Origin: Eubacteriales bacterium
GTDB lineage: Bacteria; Bacillota; Clostridia; Oscillospirales; CAG-382
Length of the DNA stretch: 64,000 nucleotides
Assembly: GCA_045595785.1 (NCBI GenBank)
Contig: JAZOBE010000048.1
Span: 6,009 to 70,008 of the forward strand
Reading direction: 5' to 3'
Positions 36,460 to 46,252 of the stretch are shown piece after piece; the first letter of the stretch is position 1; each line of letters starts with the position of its first letter. The notes below the pieces were generated by a model. It was given only the letters and a program-made list of their open reading frames with translations. It did no database searches and was not told the DNA's origin. A program made the position numbers and the translations under genes.

Positions 36460-36556
36460 GAGAAATAGGAAACGAGGAATGAGAAATTACGGAAGCTTTT
36501 TGTCTGAAGGACAAAAAGCAACCATCATTTATCATTCATCATTTATCATTTATCAC
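36457..36556. repeat. Family-B hairpin repeat, copy 2 (in the pyrR leader)
   Basis: aatgagaaat..aatgagaaattacggaagctttttgtc-tgaag-gacaaaaagcaaccatcatttatcattcatcatttatcatttatcac. Confidence 0.75.
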
Positions 36557-36572
36557 TATCTCGGAGAAAGTA

Positions 36573-37109
36573 ATGTATACAGAAAAAGCTATCCTTTTAG
36601 ACAGCAACTCCATAGACCGTTCTCTGACCCGTATCTCCCACGAGATTGCAGAGAAAAACGAGGATATTTCCGCAATATGCCTTGTGGGAATACGCCGCCG
36701 CGGATTACCGCTGGCAAAGAGAATAGGCGAAAAGATATACGCCTCCTACGGCATAAAGGTGCCGGTGGGGGAAATTGACGTTTCCTCCTTCCGTGATGAT
36801 AACGGCACCCACACCGTACACAATCCACCTGCGGAAATGGGATTTTCGGTGGAGGGAAAGACCGTGGTTCTGGTGGACGACGTGCTGTATACCGGCAGAA
36901 CTGTGCGCGCCGCCATTGAGGCGATAATGCATCTGGGCAGACCGGGGGCAATACGCCTTGCCGCACTTATTGACCGAGGGCACAGAGAGCTGCCTATCCG
37001 TGCCGATTACGTGGGCAAAAACGTGCCTACGTCCAGAAAGGAAAAAATAGCCGTCCGCGTTGAGGAAATGGACGGGAAAACCGAAGTTGCAATACTTGAA
37101 GACAAATAA
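36573..37109 (+). CDS. pyrR: Bifunctional pyrimidine operon regulator / uracil phosphoribosyltransferase
   Basis: PRPP-binding motif VVLVDDVLYTGRT and a typical N-terminus. Confidence 0.9.
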   Translation: MYTEKAILLDSNSIDRSLTRISHEIAEKNEDISAICLVGIRRRGLPLAKRIGEKIYASYGIKVPVGEIDVSSFRDDNGTHTVHNPPAEMGFSVEGKTVVLVDDVLYTGRTVRAAIEAIMHLGRPGAIRLAALIDRGHRELPIRADYVGKNVPTSRKEKIAVRVEEMDGKTEVAILEDK

Positions 37110-37128
37110 AAAAGAGAGGTTTTACAAA

Positions 37129-38808
37129 ATGACAAGCAAAAGATTTTTTACCGCTTTGGTTTCGCTGGCGCTGGCCGGTCTTATGATAACCGCCTGCACT
37201 CAGACACCCGATGAATCCGTACCCGAAGCAAGCACGGAGGCAAGCGGAGAAATAAGCACCGAAGCAAGCAAGGAGGAAGTAAAAATGCCCGAATACTGGG
37301 GCTCCAATGATTATAACAGAGTTGATATTGCAGGTGCACCCGAGGAAATAACCTCTCACCCCACCAAGGTGACCAAGGTGAACGACAGCAGATACAGCAT
37401 GTCCTGCGAGACGGAAGCAGGCACTATGACCATAACCCTTGAGGAGCGTCCCTGGGGCTGCTTTAACCTTTGGGCTTGGAACCTGAAGGACAAAGAGGGA
37501 AAGACCCACACCTTTGCGGTGGGCGCTACCGATTTTGAATACGTACATATTCCCATTACACCCAAGGGAACCGGCGTTTGGTCCGGCGGCAACCACGGCA
37601 ACGAGGCATTTATCTCCCTTGACCTTTACAACGCCGAGACGGGTGAAAAGATAGAGCTTAAAAACGGTGAATCCGTAACCGTAAACTCTCTCCACGTTAT
37701 AGAAAAAACAAAGCTTCTTTGGTTCCCCGATGATAACGGCGACAGTATCGGTGATTATAACAACAAGAGCATGACCTATACCGATGACGACGTTTATGCG
37801 GAAATGACCAGAAAGTACACCTTCACAGGTCCTCAGATAAAGCTTAACGTTGACTATAATTACGTAAAGGACGTACAGCTTAACCGCTCCTACACCTGCA
37901 TGATGCCTATTAACAAAAAGTACGGTCTGTGGTGTGAGATGTATAACGAAAAGGGCGAGCTGCTTAAGACTATTGAAACCCTTAAGGTGGGCGCGGCAGA
38001 TTATTCCGGACCCAGCAACAGCGGAAACAAGGCTTGCCGCGCGCTGGTATACGGATACGTAAAGCCCGAATATCAGATAGACGTCCGTGTAAATACCATT
38101 AACGATTCTCTGGATAATTACAACGGTGATTACAAGACCGCTTTCTGGGATATGAATACCACCGATAACAAGCTGTATTTCACCAGATTTTCCAACTCCG
38201 TGCGCAAGGATATTCCCGCAGGCACCCAGTACCATACCGAGTGTATCTGGCTGTTCAAATACGTGCCCGGCGCAGTTGCACCCGAAATTAACGAGCCCGA
38301 AAAGGTTGAGCCCGAGGATATTAAGTTTGACGGCACCAACGTTGCACTTAACAAGGATTACACCCTCTCCGGTCTGCTGGGCAACGGCTACGGAAACTAT
38401 ACCGCCCGCCTTACCGACGGAAAAGCAACCACGACCCTTACCTACGATAACAACTGGTTTTCTTTCTTTAATAATTCCTCTCTTCCCGCTGAGGAGTTAA
38501 ACGTTGAGAACGGCTTGGGATATGCAATTATCGACCTTGGCGAAAGCAAGAATATTGAGGGCGTCCGCGCTCACGTCTGCAACGGCGGCACTGCAGGTAT
38601 AAACGCACCTCATTACGGAAAGGTATATATTTCCGATGACGGTGTTAACTTTACTCTTGCAGGGGAAATGCCTATTGCATCCGACGCAAGCGCAATTTAC
38701 TGGACAGGCGTTTCTCTTGAAGGAAAGACCGCAAGATACGTAAAATTTGAGTTCAAGCCCAACGGACTTTTCGTTTTCCTTAACGAGCTTGAGGTATATT
38801 CAAAATAA
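37129..38808 (+). CDS. Lipoprotein with a C-terminal F5/8 type C (discoidin)-like domain
   Basis: Lipobox LMITAC. C-terminus has YAIIDLG..RYVKFEF. Start at 37129 after GAGAGG. Confidence 0.7.
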   Translation: MTSKRFFTALVSLALAGLMITACTQTPDESVPEASTEASGEISTEASKEEVKMPEYWGSNDYNRVDIAGAPEEITSHPTKVTKVNDSRYSMSCETEAGTMTITLEERPWGCFNLWAWNLKDKEGKTHTFAVGATDFEYVHIPITPKGTGVWSGGNHGNEAFISLDLYNAETGEKIELKNGESVTVNSLHVIEKTKLLWFPDDNGDSIGDYNNKSMTYTDDDVYAEMTRKYTFTGPQIKLNVDYNYVKDVQLNRSYTCMMPINKKYGLWCEMYNEKGELLKTIETLKVGAADYSGPSNSGNKACRALVYGYVKPEYQIDVRVNTINDSLDNYNGDYKTAFWDMNTTDNKLYFTRFSNSVRKDIPAGTQYHTECIWLFKYVPGAVAPEINEPEKVEPEDIKFDGTNVALNKDYTLSGLLGNGYGNYTARLTDGKATTTLTYDNNWFSFFNNSSLPAEELNVENGLGYAIIDLGESKNIEGVRAHVCNGGTAGINAPHYGKVYISDDGVNFTLAGEMPIASDASAIYWTGVSLEGKTARYVKFEFKPNGLFVFLNELEVYSK

Positions 38809-38909
38809 AAAGTAAATAATTGTAAACAAATGCCCGAAAGTGTTGCTTTACCATAACTTTTGTGGTATATTACCTCTAATCCGTTAGACGAGAAAGGCGG
38901 TGCAAAAAG

Positions 38910-39992
38910 GTGCTTTCAAATATAACAGTAATACTTCCCTCTCTTAACCCCGACGAAAAGCTTATTAAAACGGTTGATGGGCTGATTGAGGCAGGGTTTG
39001 ACGATATTGTTATTATAAACGACGGCAGCGACGAAAAGAATTATCGGTTCTTTCCCGATACCGAGGTTTATCCCCAGTGCACGGTTATCGACCATTGGGT
39101 AAACAAGGGAAAGGGGTCGGGACTGAAGACCGCCTTTGCTTACGTTTTGAAGACGAGAAAGAATTGCCGCGGCGTGGTAACTGTGGACGGAGACGGTCAG
39201 CACCGTCCCGAGGACGTTAAAAGCTGTGCTTTGAAAATGGCGGAAACAAACAGCGTGGTGCTGGGGGCACGAAACTTTAATCTGCCCGGTATTCCCGCAA
39301 GAAGCGTTTTCGGAAACAAGCTTACCTCTCTGGTGTTCAAGCTGCTGTGCGGCATGAAGATTACCGACACTCAGACGGGACTGAGGGCGATTCCGGCGGA
39401 ATATCTCGGGGATATGCTTAAGGTAAAGGGTGAAAGGTTTGAGTACGAGACAAATATGCTGCTGGCATTTAAGGACAACGACATTCCTTTTATCGAAAAC
39501 TCCATACATACCGTTTATATTGAGGAAAACAAGACGTCACACTTTAACCCGTTAAGGGATTCTCTGCGTATATACAAGCAGATATTCGGGTATGCCTTTT
39601 CCTCCCTCTCCGCAACGGCAATAGACTTGAGTCTGTTCGCTTTGCTGTTCTGGCTTCTGTTTCCAAAGGCGATGGAAAACAGAGAGGTCTGCACGGTGGT
39701 CTGCTCGGTTGCGGCGAGAGTGGTCTCCTCTCTTTATAACTATTTCATAAACTTCCGCTTTGTCTTTGCAAAAAAGAAAAAAGCCAGGTTTACTCTGCTT
39801 AAATACTATTTATTGGCGGCGGCTGTAATGATAATTTCAAGTCTTTCCACCGGCGGAATGACACTTCTTCTCCCCGAGGGAGTAACACCGTTTATCGTTA
39901 CTGCCGTTAAAGCGGTAATTGACACCGCTTTGTTCCTGCTCACCTTTACCGTTCAGCGTGAGTGGGTGTTCGGAGGGAAAAAGAAAAAATGA
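38910..39992 (+). CDS. Glycosyltransferase family 2 fused to a GtrA-like membrane domain
   Basis: GT2 motifs (VILPSLN, NDGSDE, VDGDGQH) then 4 TM with GtrA-like NYFINFRFVF. GTG start. Confidence 0.8.
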   Translation: MLSNITVILPSLNPDEKLIKTVDGLIEAGFDDIVIINDGSDEKNYRFFPDTEVYPQCTVIDHWVNKGKGSGLKTAFAYVLKTRKNCRGVVTVDGDGQHRPEDVKSCALKMAETNSVVLGARNFNLPGIPARSVFGNKLTSLVFKLLCGMKITDTQTGLRAIPAEYLGDMLKVKGERFEYETNMLLAFKDNDIPFIENSIHTVYIEENKTSHFNPLRDSLRIYKQIFGYAFSSLSATAIDLSLFALLFWLLFPKAMENREVCTVVCSVAARVVSSLYNYFINFRFVFAKKKKARFTLLKYYLLAAAVMIISSLSTGGMTLLLPEGVTPFIVTAVKAVIDTALFLLTFTVQREWVFGGKKKK

Positions 39993-41125
39993 AAAACAAA
40001 AAAGAAACGAAACGGGGCGTAAAGCTGTTTTGGTTTATTGTGCGCAGAACACTTGTTACCCTGCTTGTAATACTGCTGTTTTTGGTGGGATCGTTATACG
40101 CGCTGGGACTTACCCTTGCAAACGGACCCAGCGAAAGTCTGAGAGATATGCTGGTGCTTTCCGCAAAGCAAGCGTCTGCCACCAAATGGCTGCCCGGTCT
40201 GTTTTTGGACGACGAGACCATTGAGCAGATAATGGCAAACAGCAAAAAGGTTACGGTTACCGAAATTGATATTAACGATTTTCTGCCCGATAAAGAGACG
40301 AGCGGCGGCGGAAGCGGCGAGGAAAAGCCTGTGGACGAATGGGAAAATTATCCCGACGGAGTCCGTCTTGAGTTCGTGCAGGGCTCTACCTACCGCGCTT
40401 ACGTTACCTTGATAAAGGATGCGTCCCGCGTGTTTACCGGCGTGTCCGACAAGACGTGGCGTGCCGCATACGGCTTGCGTCTTTTCAAGATGGTTGAGAA
40501 ATATGACGCGCTGGTTTGTATAAACGGCGGTGAGTTTTCTGATATCGGCGGCAAGGGCAACGGAAACGCGCCTATGGGTGTTACCTATTCCCAAGGCGAA
40601 TGCGTGTGGGAGGACAATATTACATACCACACCTTTATAGGCTTTGATAAAAACGACCGTCTGGTGGTTTCCGAGGGTATGACCAGAGAAAAGGCTGATG
40701 AATTGGGCGTGAGAGACGGTGTCTGCTTCCAGACCGGAAACGTGCTTATTACCAACGAAAACGGCAAGGTACAGCTTCATTACAGTGACGGAAACGTGGG
40801 CGCGGCACAGCGTACCGCTATCGGTCAGAGGGCGGACGGCACCGTTATTATGATAGTTACCGACGGACGCAGTGCTTCCAGCATCGGTGCTTCCCGTAAC
40901 GATATTATTGACCTGCTTGTGTCCTACGGCGCAGTTTGTGCCGGTATGCTGGACGGCGGCTCTTCCTCTATGATGTATTACGATAATTATATTGAGCAGT
41001 ACGGTATCGACCCCAACACGTTGGACGAATATCAGCTTCAGGGAATGGTAAACAAGTACAAGGCGTTTATCCCTCCCAGAAGTCTGCCCACCTACTTTAT
41101 AGTAAGCAAGAACACGGGGGAATGA
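39989..41125 (+). CDS. Phosphodiester glycosidase (DUF2233/NAGPA-like) family protein
   Basis: N-terminal TM. RTAIGQRADGTVIMIVTDGR and MLDGGSSS motifs. ATGA overlap with the upstream gene. Confidence 0.75.
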   Translation: MKNKKETKRGVKLFWFIVRRTLVTLLVILLFLVGSLYALGLTLANGPSESLRDMLVLSAKQASATKWLPGLFLDDETIEQIMANSKKVTVTEIDINDFLPDKETSGGGSGEEKPVDEWENYPDGVRLEFVQGSTYRAYVTLIKDASRVFTGVSDKTWRAAYGLRLFKMVEKYDALVCINGGEFSDIGGKGNGNAPMGVTYSQGECVWEDNITYHTFIGFDKNDRLVVSEGMTREKADELGVRDGVCFQTGNVLITNENGKVQLHYSDGNVGAAQRTAIGQRADGTVIMIVTDGRSASSIGASRNDIIDLLVSYGAVCAGMLDGGSSSMMYYDNYIEQYGIDPNTLDEYQLQGMVNKYKAFIPPRSLPTYFIVSKNTGE

Positions 41126-41129
41126 TGCA

Positions 41130-42251
41130 ATGGCAAAGAAAAAAACAAGATCTTTTCCCTATTTTTACACCGTGCTTGCGCTTCTGGTGGTAGTGGGAGC
41201 CTGCTTTGTGGCGTATGGACTGAACCTGCTTAAGGCGTGGATGGCGGACTATGAGTCCACCCAGCCGAAGTACGTGGCAGAAAAGCTGTTTAACGAGGTA
41301 TTTGCCGACCCTGATTTTGATGCGCTTCTTGAAAAGCAAGGTTATACGGTTTGTGAGGCGGAGACCAAGCAGGACCTTATAAACTACGTTAAGGCGCAGG
41401 TGGGTGACGGTGAGATAACATATCAGCAGGCAGGAAGCGGAGTAAGCAAGGACCTGCTTAAATACGTTGTTTCCGCAGGGGGAAAGCCCTTTGCACAGTT
41501 TACCGTGGTGAAATCCGACGCGGTTACCGAGTACGGCAACCCGCTTTATATGCCGGGCGAATACGAGATATATTACAAGGTGGAGACCACCTCCGTAACC
41601 GTTACCGCCCCCTCGGATGCGACGGTATACGTTAACGGCTACAAGCTGGACGGAAGCTACGTTGTGTCCACCGAGGACACCGAGTCCTGCGGACACATGC
41701 CGGGTAAGGTGCTTAAAAACGATGATGATACACAGGGAATTAAGTTTTCCACTTACGTTTACGAGGGTCTGCTGTTTGATACGGACAATATAACCGTTAC
41801 CGATAAATACGGTAACCCCTGCCCTATGACAAGGGACGAAAACGGTGTGTTCTTGGCAGATATCAACTACAACGAGGAGCTTAAGGCACAGCATGCCGAA
41901 AACGCGGTGTTCTTTGCAGAGGAATATGCAAAGTATGCAATGCGCAAGGGCAACTTTAATAAGTTCAAGGGTACTCTGGATGCCGAAAGCGAGATATACG
42001 AAAAGATACGCACGCTGGAGTATTATTGGGTACACGAAAGCACGGGATATGAGATAATTGATCAGGAGGCATACGATTTTTATGAATATGCCGATGGAGT
42101 TTTCTCCTGCCGTGTAAAGATAACCTGGCATTCATGGCGTACCGGAAAACCGGATTATTACGATTATATCGATATGACCTTGTACTACCGTCTGGCAGAC
42201 GGACAGTGGGTGATATACGATATGCAAAACCATTCCGGTTTTGACGGCTGA
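41130..42251 (+). CDS. N-terminally anchored extracytoplasmic protein, function unknown
   Basis: 373-aa ORF with one TM after MAKKKTRSF. Confidence 0.55.
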   Translation: MAKKKTRSFPYFYTVLALLVVVGACFVAYGLNLLKAWMADYESTQPKYVAEKLFNEVFADPDFDALLEKQGYTVCEAETKQDLINYVKAQVGDGEITYQQAGSGVSKDLLKYVVSAGGKPFAQFTVVKSDAVTEYGNPLYMPGEYEIYYKVETTSVTVTAPSDATVYVNGYKLDGSYVVSTEDTESCGHMPGKVLKNDDDTQGIKFSTYVYEGLLFDTDNITVTDKYGNPCPMTRDENGVFLADINYNEELKAQHAENAVFFAEEYAKYAMRKGNFNKFKGTLDAESEIYEKIRTLEYYWVHESTGYEIIDQEAYDFYEYADGVFSCRVKITWHSWRTGKPDYYDYIDMTLYYRLADGQWVIYDMQNHSGFDG

Positions 42252-42255
42252 TAAT

Positions 42256-42600
42256 TAACAGCCAATCAAAGTAATATCCTGAAGTAAGCGATGGTAAAAA
42301 GCTGCAGAAAAGGTCTTTTACGAGCGTGATGTCCACCCCAAAAACGCATAGCGTTTCTGGGGACCCCGAGTAGTAATCTACGGCCAGCGAAGTAAAAACG
42401 TAAAATAAAAATACGAGAGATACACTATGATCTCTCGCATTTCTTATTACGTTATAAACACTTTGCGTCAAACACTTTGCGTCTGTGGGGTGATTCTTAT
42501 CGGGGTCCCCTCAAATGCGACCGGCATTTGTGGGGTGATTTTTATCGGGGTCCCCTCAAATGCGACCGGCATTTGTGGGGTGATTTTTTTACCGAGCGCC
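42256..42600 (+). repeat. Composite intergenic element, copy 2
   Basis: Collinear with 5825..6163. Contains one reversed A unit (42335-42370) and 2.5 forward 45-nt A units (42484-42590), and ends in ttttaccgagcg. Confidence 0.75.
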
Positions 42601-44253
42601 CAGCATTGAGGTTGCCGCTTTTATCACGTCTTCTCCCGGATCAATTCCGCCCATAATACGGGCAAGCTCTTTTATTCTGCCGTCCTTTGACAAGGGCTTG
42701 ACGTGAGTTTCGGTTCTGCCGAAGGATACGGTTTTTGAAATGAGCAGATGGGTTTTTGCAAGGGAGGCGATCTGTGCCGAATGGGTAACGCATATTACCT
42801 GCTTATCCCCTTCTGCCAGCGAACGGAGACGGAGACCGATACGTGAGCTGGTGGCGCCGGAAATACCCGTGTCCACCTCGTCAAATATCATTGTTCCGAT
42901 ATCCTCTGCCTTGGCAAGAACGCTCTTTACCGCCAGCATAATACGCGCGCATTCACCGCCGGAGGCTATCTTTGCAAGGGGACGGGGCTCCTCGCCTGCG
43001 TTGGCGGATATAAGAAACCGCGCAATATCCGTGCCCCCATCGGAAAGCGGTGTTTTTACAAACTCGGTAACGAAGGTTACACCCGGCATATCAAGAGACG
43101 AAAGTATCTCTTTTATTTGCTTTTCCATGCTCCGCGCCGCGTTAACACGGGTGGAGTATAATTTTTCTGCCTTTGACACAGCGTCCTTTTCGGCGGCGGC
43201 AAGCTCTTTCTTAAGCTCCTCACGCCTTTCGTCGCTGTTATCGATAGACGCAAGTTCTTTTTCGGTCTCCTCGGTAAGAGAGCACAGTCCGCTTTCGTCG
43301 GTGCGGTACTTTCTGCAAAGAGAAGAAATCAGAGAAAGTCTTGATTCTATCTCGTCAAGTGCGCGCTGAGGGTCACCCTCGGGGTCCTCGGTGTAAGCGG
43401 TAACGGAATCTGCAATATCCTCAAGCTCAAACCGTATATTCTCAAGACGTGAGTACAATTCCTCTGCTTCGGGAAGATAATCCGCCAGAGTTTTCAGCCC
43501 GTCCGACGCTTCGGAAACGAGGGCGGAAGCAGATTCGTCCTTTCCGTACAAAGCGTAATACGCCTTGTTTGCGGAGGTAAATATCTTCTCACGGTTAATA
43601 AGCATATTCCGCTTTGCGGTAAGCGCTTCGGTCTCGCCCAAGGTTATCTTGGCACGGCGAAGCTCCTTTAAGCGGTAAGTAAGAAAATCCTTTTTCTCCT
43701 CTCGGTCAGCGGCGTCGCTTTCAAGGGAGTTAAGCTCCTTGCGGAGAGAAAGGTAATTTTTATATGCTTTTGCATATTCTTCCTTTTCCCCATCGTTGCC
43801 TGCGTACAGATCAAGAAGACGGGGATGCAAGGTCTCGTCTGCAAGACGAAGTGTGTCCTGCTGACCGTGTATATCCAGCAAATGTGCGCTTATTTCCCTT
43901 AATTTACCTACGGGAGTAACTCTGCCGTTAATACGGGAAACGCTTCGTCCGTCTGCGCCGATACGGCGGGACAGGAACAAATACCCCTCCTCATCGGGAA
44001 AAACGTCCATTCCCTCAAGGGTTTTTAACGTCTCGTCAGAAAACGCACCGAAAACACCCTCCACCTCGGCGAACTCTTCTCCCGTACGGATAATGCTTTT
44101 ATCACTCCGCGCGCCGCAAAGCAGGGCTATTGAATCTATGATAATACTTTTGCCCGCGCCGGTTTCGCCGGTGAATACCGTAAGACCTTCGGAAAAGTCA
44201 ATATCCAGCGTGCGAATGAGGGCGACGGAACGGATATGTAACGAAAAAAGCAT
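42589..44253 (-). CDS. recN: DNA repair protein RecN
   Basis: N-terminal Walker A GETGAGKS, coiled-coil middle, C-terminal signature and Walker B (IFDEVDTGISG). Confidence 0.95.
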   Translation of the reverse strand: MLFSLHIRSVALIRTLDIDFSEGLTVFTGETGAGKSIIIDSIALLCGARSDKSIIRTGEEFAEVEGVFGAFSDETLKTLEGMDVFPDEEGYLFLSRRIGADGRSVSRINGRVTPVGKLREISAHLLDIHGQQDTLRLADETLHPRLLDLYAGNDGEKEEYAKAYKNYLSLRKELNSLESDAADREEKKDFLTYRLKELRRAKITLGETEALTAKRNMLINREKIFTSANKAYYALYGKDESASALVSEASDGLKTLADYLPEAEELYSRLENIRFELEDIADSVTAYTEDPEGDPQRALDEIESRLSLISSLCRKYRTDESGLCSLTEETEKELASIDNSDERREELKKELAAAEKDAVSKAEKLYSTRVNAARSMEKQIKEILSSLDMPGVTFVTEFVKTPLSDGGTDIARFLISANAGEEPRPLAKIASGGECARIMLAVKSVLAKAEDIGTMIFDEVDTGISGATSSRIGLRLRSLAEGDKQVICVTHSAQIASLAKTHLLISKTVSFGRTETHVKPLSKDGRIKELARIMGGIDPGEDVIKAATSMLGAR

Positions 44254-44258
44254 AAAAA

Positions 44259-44717
44259 TCAGTTAGCTCCGATCTGCTCCTTTAATTTAACGCAGATGCG
44301 GTGAGCCTCTTCCTCGCTTTTGGTAATTAAAACTATAGTATCGTCTCCTGCAATAGAGCCGAGAATGCCTTCGAAATTCATAGCGTCGATAGTAATGCAA
44401 GCGGCAGACGCCATTGCCATATAGGTACGGAGCACTACCAGATTCATTGCCTGGTCCACGCTCTTTACGGTATCTGCAAGTATCTTTGCAAACTTGGTTG
44501 CGATATGCTCGGAGGTGGGCAGAGTAGCCGCAACGTAACGGTAACCGCCCTTTCCGTTAGAGGTCTTTACTATTTTTAATTCTCTTATATCACGGGAAAC
44601 GGTTGCCTGAGTACATTCAAAGCCGCTGGCGCGGAGAAGAAGTAAAAGCTCCTCCTGAGTGTCAACGTCACGGTTTTTGATAAGCTCCATTATTTTAGTC
44701 TGTCTTTTTATTTTCAT
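44259..44717 (-). CDS. argR: Arginine repressor
   Basis: N-terminal winged helix (QEELLLLLRASGFECTQATVSRDIREL) and C-terminal GTIAGDDT-like motif. Start at MKIKRQ. Confidence 0.9.
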   Translation of the reverse strand: MKIKRQTKIMELIKNRDVDTQEELLLLLRASGFECTQATVSRDIRELKIVKTSNGKGGYRYVAATLPTSEHIATKFAKILADTVKSVDQAMNLVVLRTYMAMASAACITIDAMNFEGILGSIAGDDTIVLITKSEEEAHRICVKLKEQIGAN

Positions 44718-44731
44718 TGTGCGGCTTCCTT

Positions 44732-45520
44732 TCAAACGTTAAATTTATTGTGGACTACCGAGTAGAAATTTCTCTTTTTAATGCGGAGTATGCGTGTGTG
44801 CCGCTCGCTCTTGCGGATTATTGCGTAATCTCCCGGGGCAAACTCAACAGGAGGCGCGGAATCCACGGTGATACAGGCGTTTTCTCCGCCTCTCACCTTT
44901 GCGGCAACCATAAGCACGCTGTCCGACGGGAACACCAACGCTCTGGTTGAAGCGGTGGGATGGGGACAAACGGGTGTAACGGTTATGGATTCCAGTCTGG
45001 GATGTATAATAGGTCCGCCTGCGGAAAGGGAATATGCGGTGCTTCCCGTAGGGGTGGCGAAAATAAGACCGTCTGCCGAATAGTCCGAAACGTGGACTCC
45101 GTCGCAATACAGGTTTATATCCGCAATACGTGGTGATGCGCCACGGGAGAACAGCACCTCGTTAAGCACTAAAAACTCCTCCTTGCTTCCGTCGTTTTTA
45201 CAAAGGGTAACGGCAAGAAGCATAAGGTCGTCTATACTGAAATCCTCGGTTTTTAGCGCCTCAAGCAGGTGGGTCTCCTCCGGCTCGATATCGTTTAAGT
45301 ATCCCAGCGTTCCGCAGTTTATGCCGACGATGGGTATATCTGCTCTTGCAGCTATGGATGCGGCGCGGAGCACGGTGCCGTCTCCGCCGATAGATATGAT
45401 AACCTCAGGATTTTTATCGGTAACAGTAATTCCAAATCCTGCCAGCGCGTCCTTTACCTTCATGGCGGTATACTGGGCTTCCGGCTTAAGAGTATTCACT
45501 ATAAGCTGTGCGCGTTTCAT
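44732..45520 (-). CDS. nadK: NAD kinase
   Basis: GGDGT and NxGxLGFL-type (INCGTLGYL) motifs, TPTGSTAYSLSAGGP. Confidence 0.9.
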   Translation of the reverse strand: MKRAQLIVNTLKPEAQYTAMKVKDALAGFGITVTDKNPEVIISIGGDGTVLRAASIAARADIPIVGINCGTLGYLNDIEPEETHLLEALKTEDFSIDDLMLLAVTLCKNDGSKEEFLVLNEVLFSRGASPRIADINLYCDGVHVSDYSADGLIFATPTGSTAYSLSAGGPIIHPRLESITVTPVCPHPTASTRALVFPSDSVLMVAAKVRGGENACITVDSAPPVEFAPGDYAIIRKSERHTRILRIKKRNFYSVVHNKFNV

Positions 45521-45526
45521 CCGGTG

Positions 45527-46252
45527 TTATCTCCTTTCAAACAGCGCAAGGTATTCGGTGTTTCCGTCTCCCCCGAGAATGGGCGAAACGGCGGTCTTTA
45601 CAAGATAAAGCCCGTTTTCCGAAGCGCATTTTTGTATTTTATCAAGTATGGAAGCGAAAATCCTTCCGTCTTTGTCCTTAACTATTCCGCCTTTGCCGAT
45701 ATTTTCTCTGCCTGCCTCAAACTGGGGCTTTATAAGCGAGATAAAATATCCCTTTTCCATAACGCGGCTTACCGCAGGATAAATAAGGGTTTGAGAAATA
45801 AAGGAAAGATCGGTGGTAACGATATCCGGCGTATAGGGCAGGTCATCCGGAAAAATATCACGGGCGTTTACCCCTTCCATAACGGTGACTCTGTCGTCGC
45901 CCCTAAGCTTTGGGTCAAGCTGGTCTCTGCCCACGTCAAGTGCGATAACACGGCAGGCACCGCGCTGAAGCAGACAATCCGTAAATCCGCCGGTGGACGC
46001 GCCAAGGTCAAGTGCGCTCATTCCCTTTACGTCGATACCGAAAACAGTTAACGCTTCCTCTAATTTTCTTCCTGCACGGGACACGAATTTATCGGGGTCG
46101 GAAACGAAAACCTCCTCGTCTCCCTTAACCTCGGCACCTGCCTTTTTCACGGAAGTGCCGTTAACAAAAACCCTGCCGGAATCAATATATTCTTTGGCTT
46201 TGCTTCTGCTGGGAGCAAAGCCCTTTTCTACTAAAAGCAGGTCTATTCGCAT
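45527..46252 (-). CDS. tlyA: TlyA-family rRNA 2'-O-methyltransferase
   Basis: S4 domain N-terminus (RIDLLLVEKGFAPSRSKAKE) and SAM motif DLGASTGGFTD. Start at 46252. Confidence 0.9.
   Translation of the reverse strand: MRIDLLLVEKGFAPSRSKAKEYIDSGRVFVNGTSVKKAGAEVKGDEEVFVSDPDKFVSRAGRKLEEALTVFGIDVKGMSALDLGASTGGFTDCLLQRGACRVIALDVGRDQLDPKLRGDDRVTVMEGVNARDIFPDDLPYTPDIVTTDLSFISQTLIYPAVSRVMEKGYFISLIKPQFEAGRENIGKGGIVKDKDGRIFASILDKIQKCASENGLYLVKTAVSPILGGDGNTEYLALFERR

Noticed and set aside
36460-36572. PyrR-binding attenuator in the pyrR leader, or just downstream at 37100-37130
   Set aside because: The leader hairpin belongs to a repeat family also found at unrelated loci, and no ARUCCAGAGAGGYU-like binding loop is visible. 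The AGAGAGG at 37105 is simply the RBS of the lipoprotein gene.
42484-42590. G-quadruplex potential of the regularly spaced GGGG tracts in the arrays
   Set aside because: Loops between the tracts are 11 and about 26 nt, and each G-tract has a perfectly complementary C-tract nearby. Duplex hairpins are therefore far more likely than G4 structures.
42427-42609. Small Cys-containing repeat peptides read through the repeats, for example ..IGVPSNATGICGVIFIGVPSNATGICGVIF.. (also ORFs 6047.. and 49549..), which could look like RiPP precursors
   Set aside because: Unit lengths vary (41, 44, 45 and ~47 nt), so the reading frame is not preserved between units or loci. Copies occur in both orientations. 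Substitutions are compensatory for base pairing rather than synonymous. The start codons lie inside a terminator hairpin and have no RBS.
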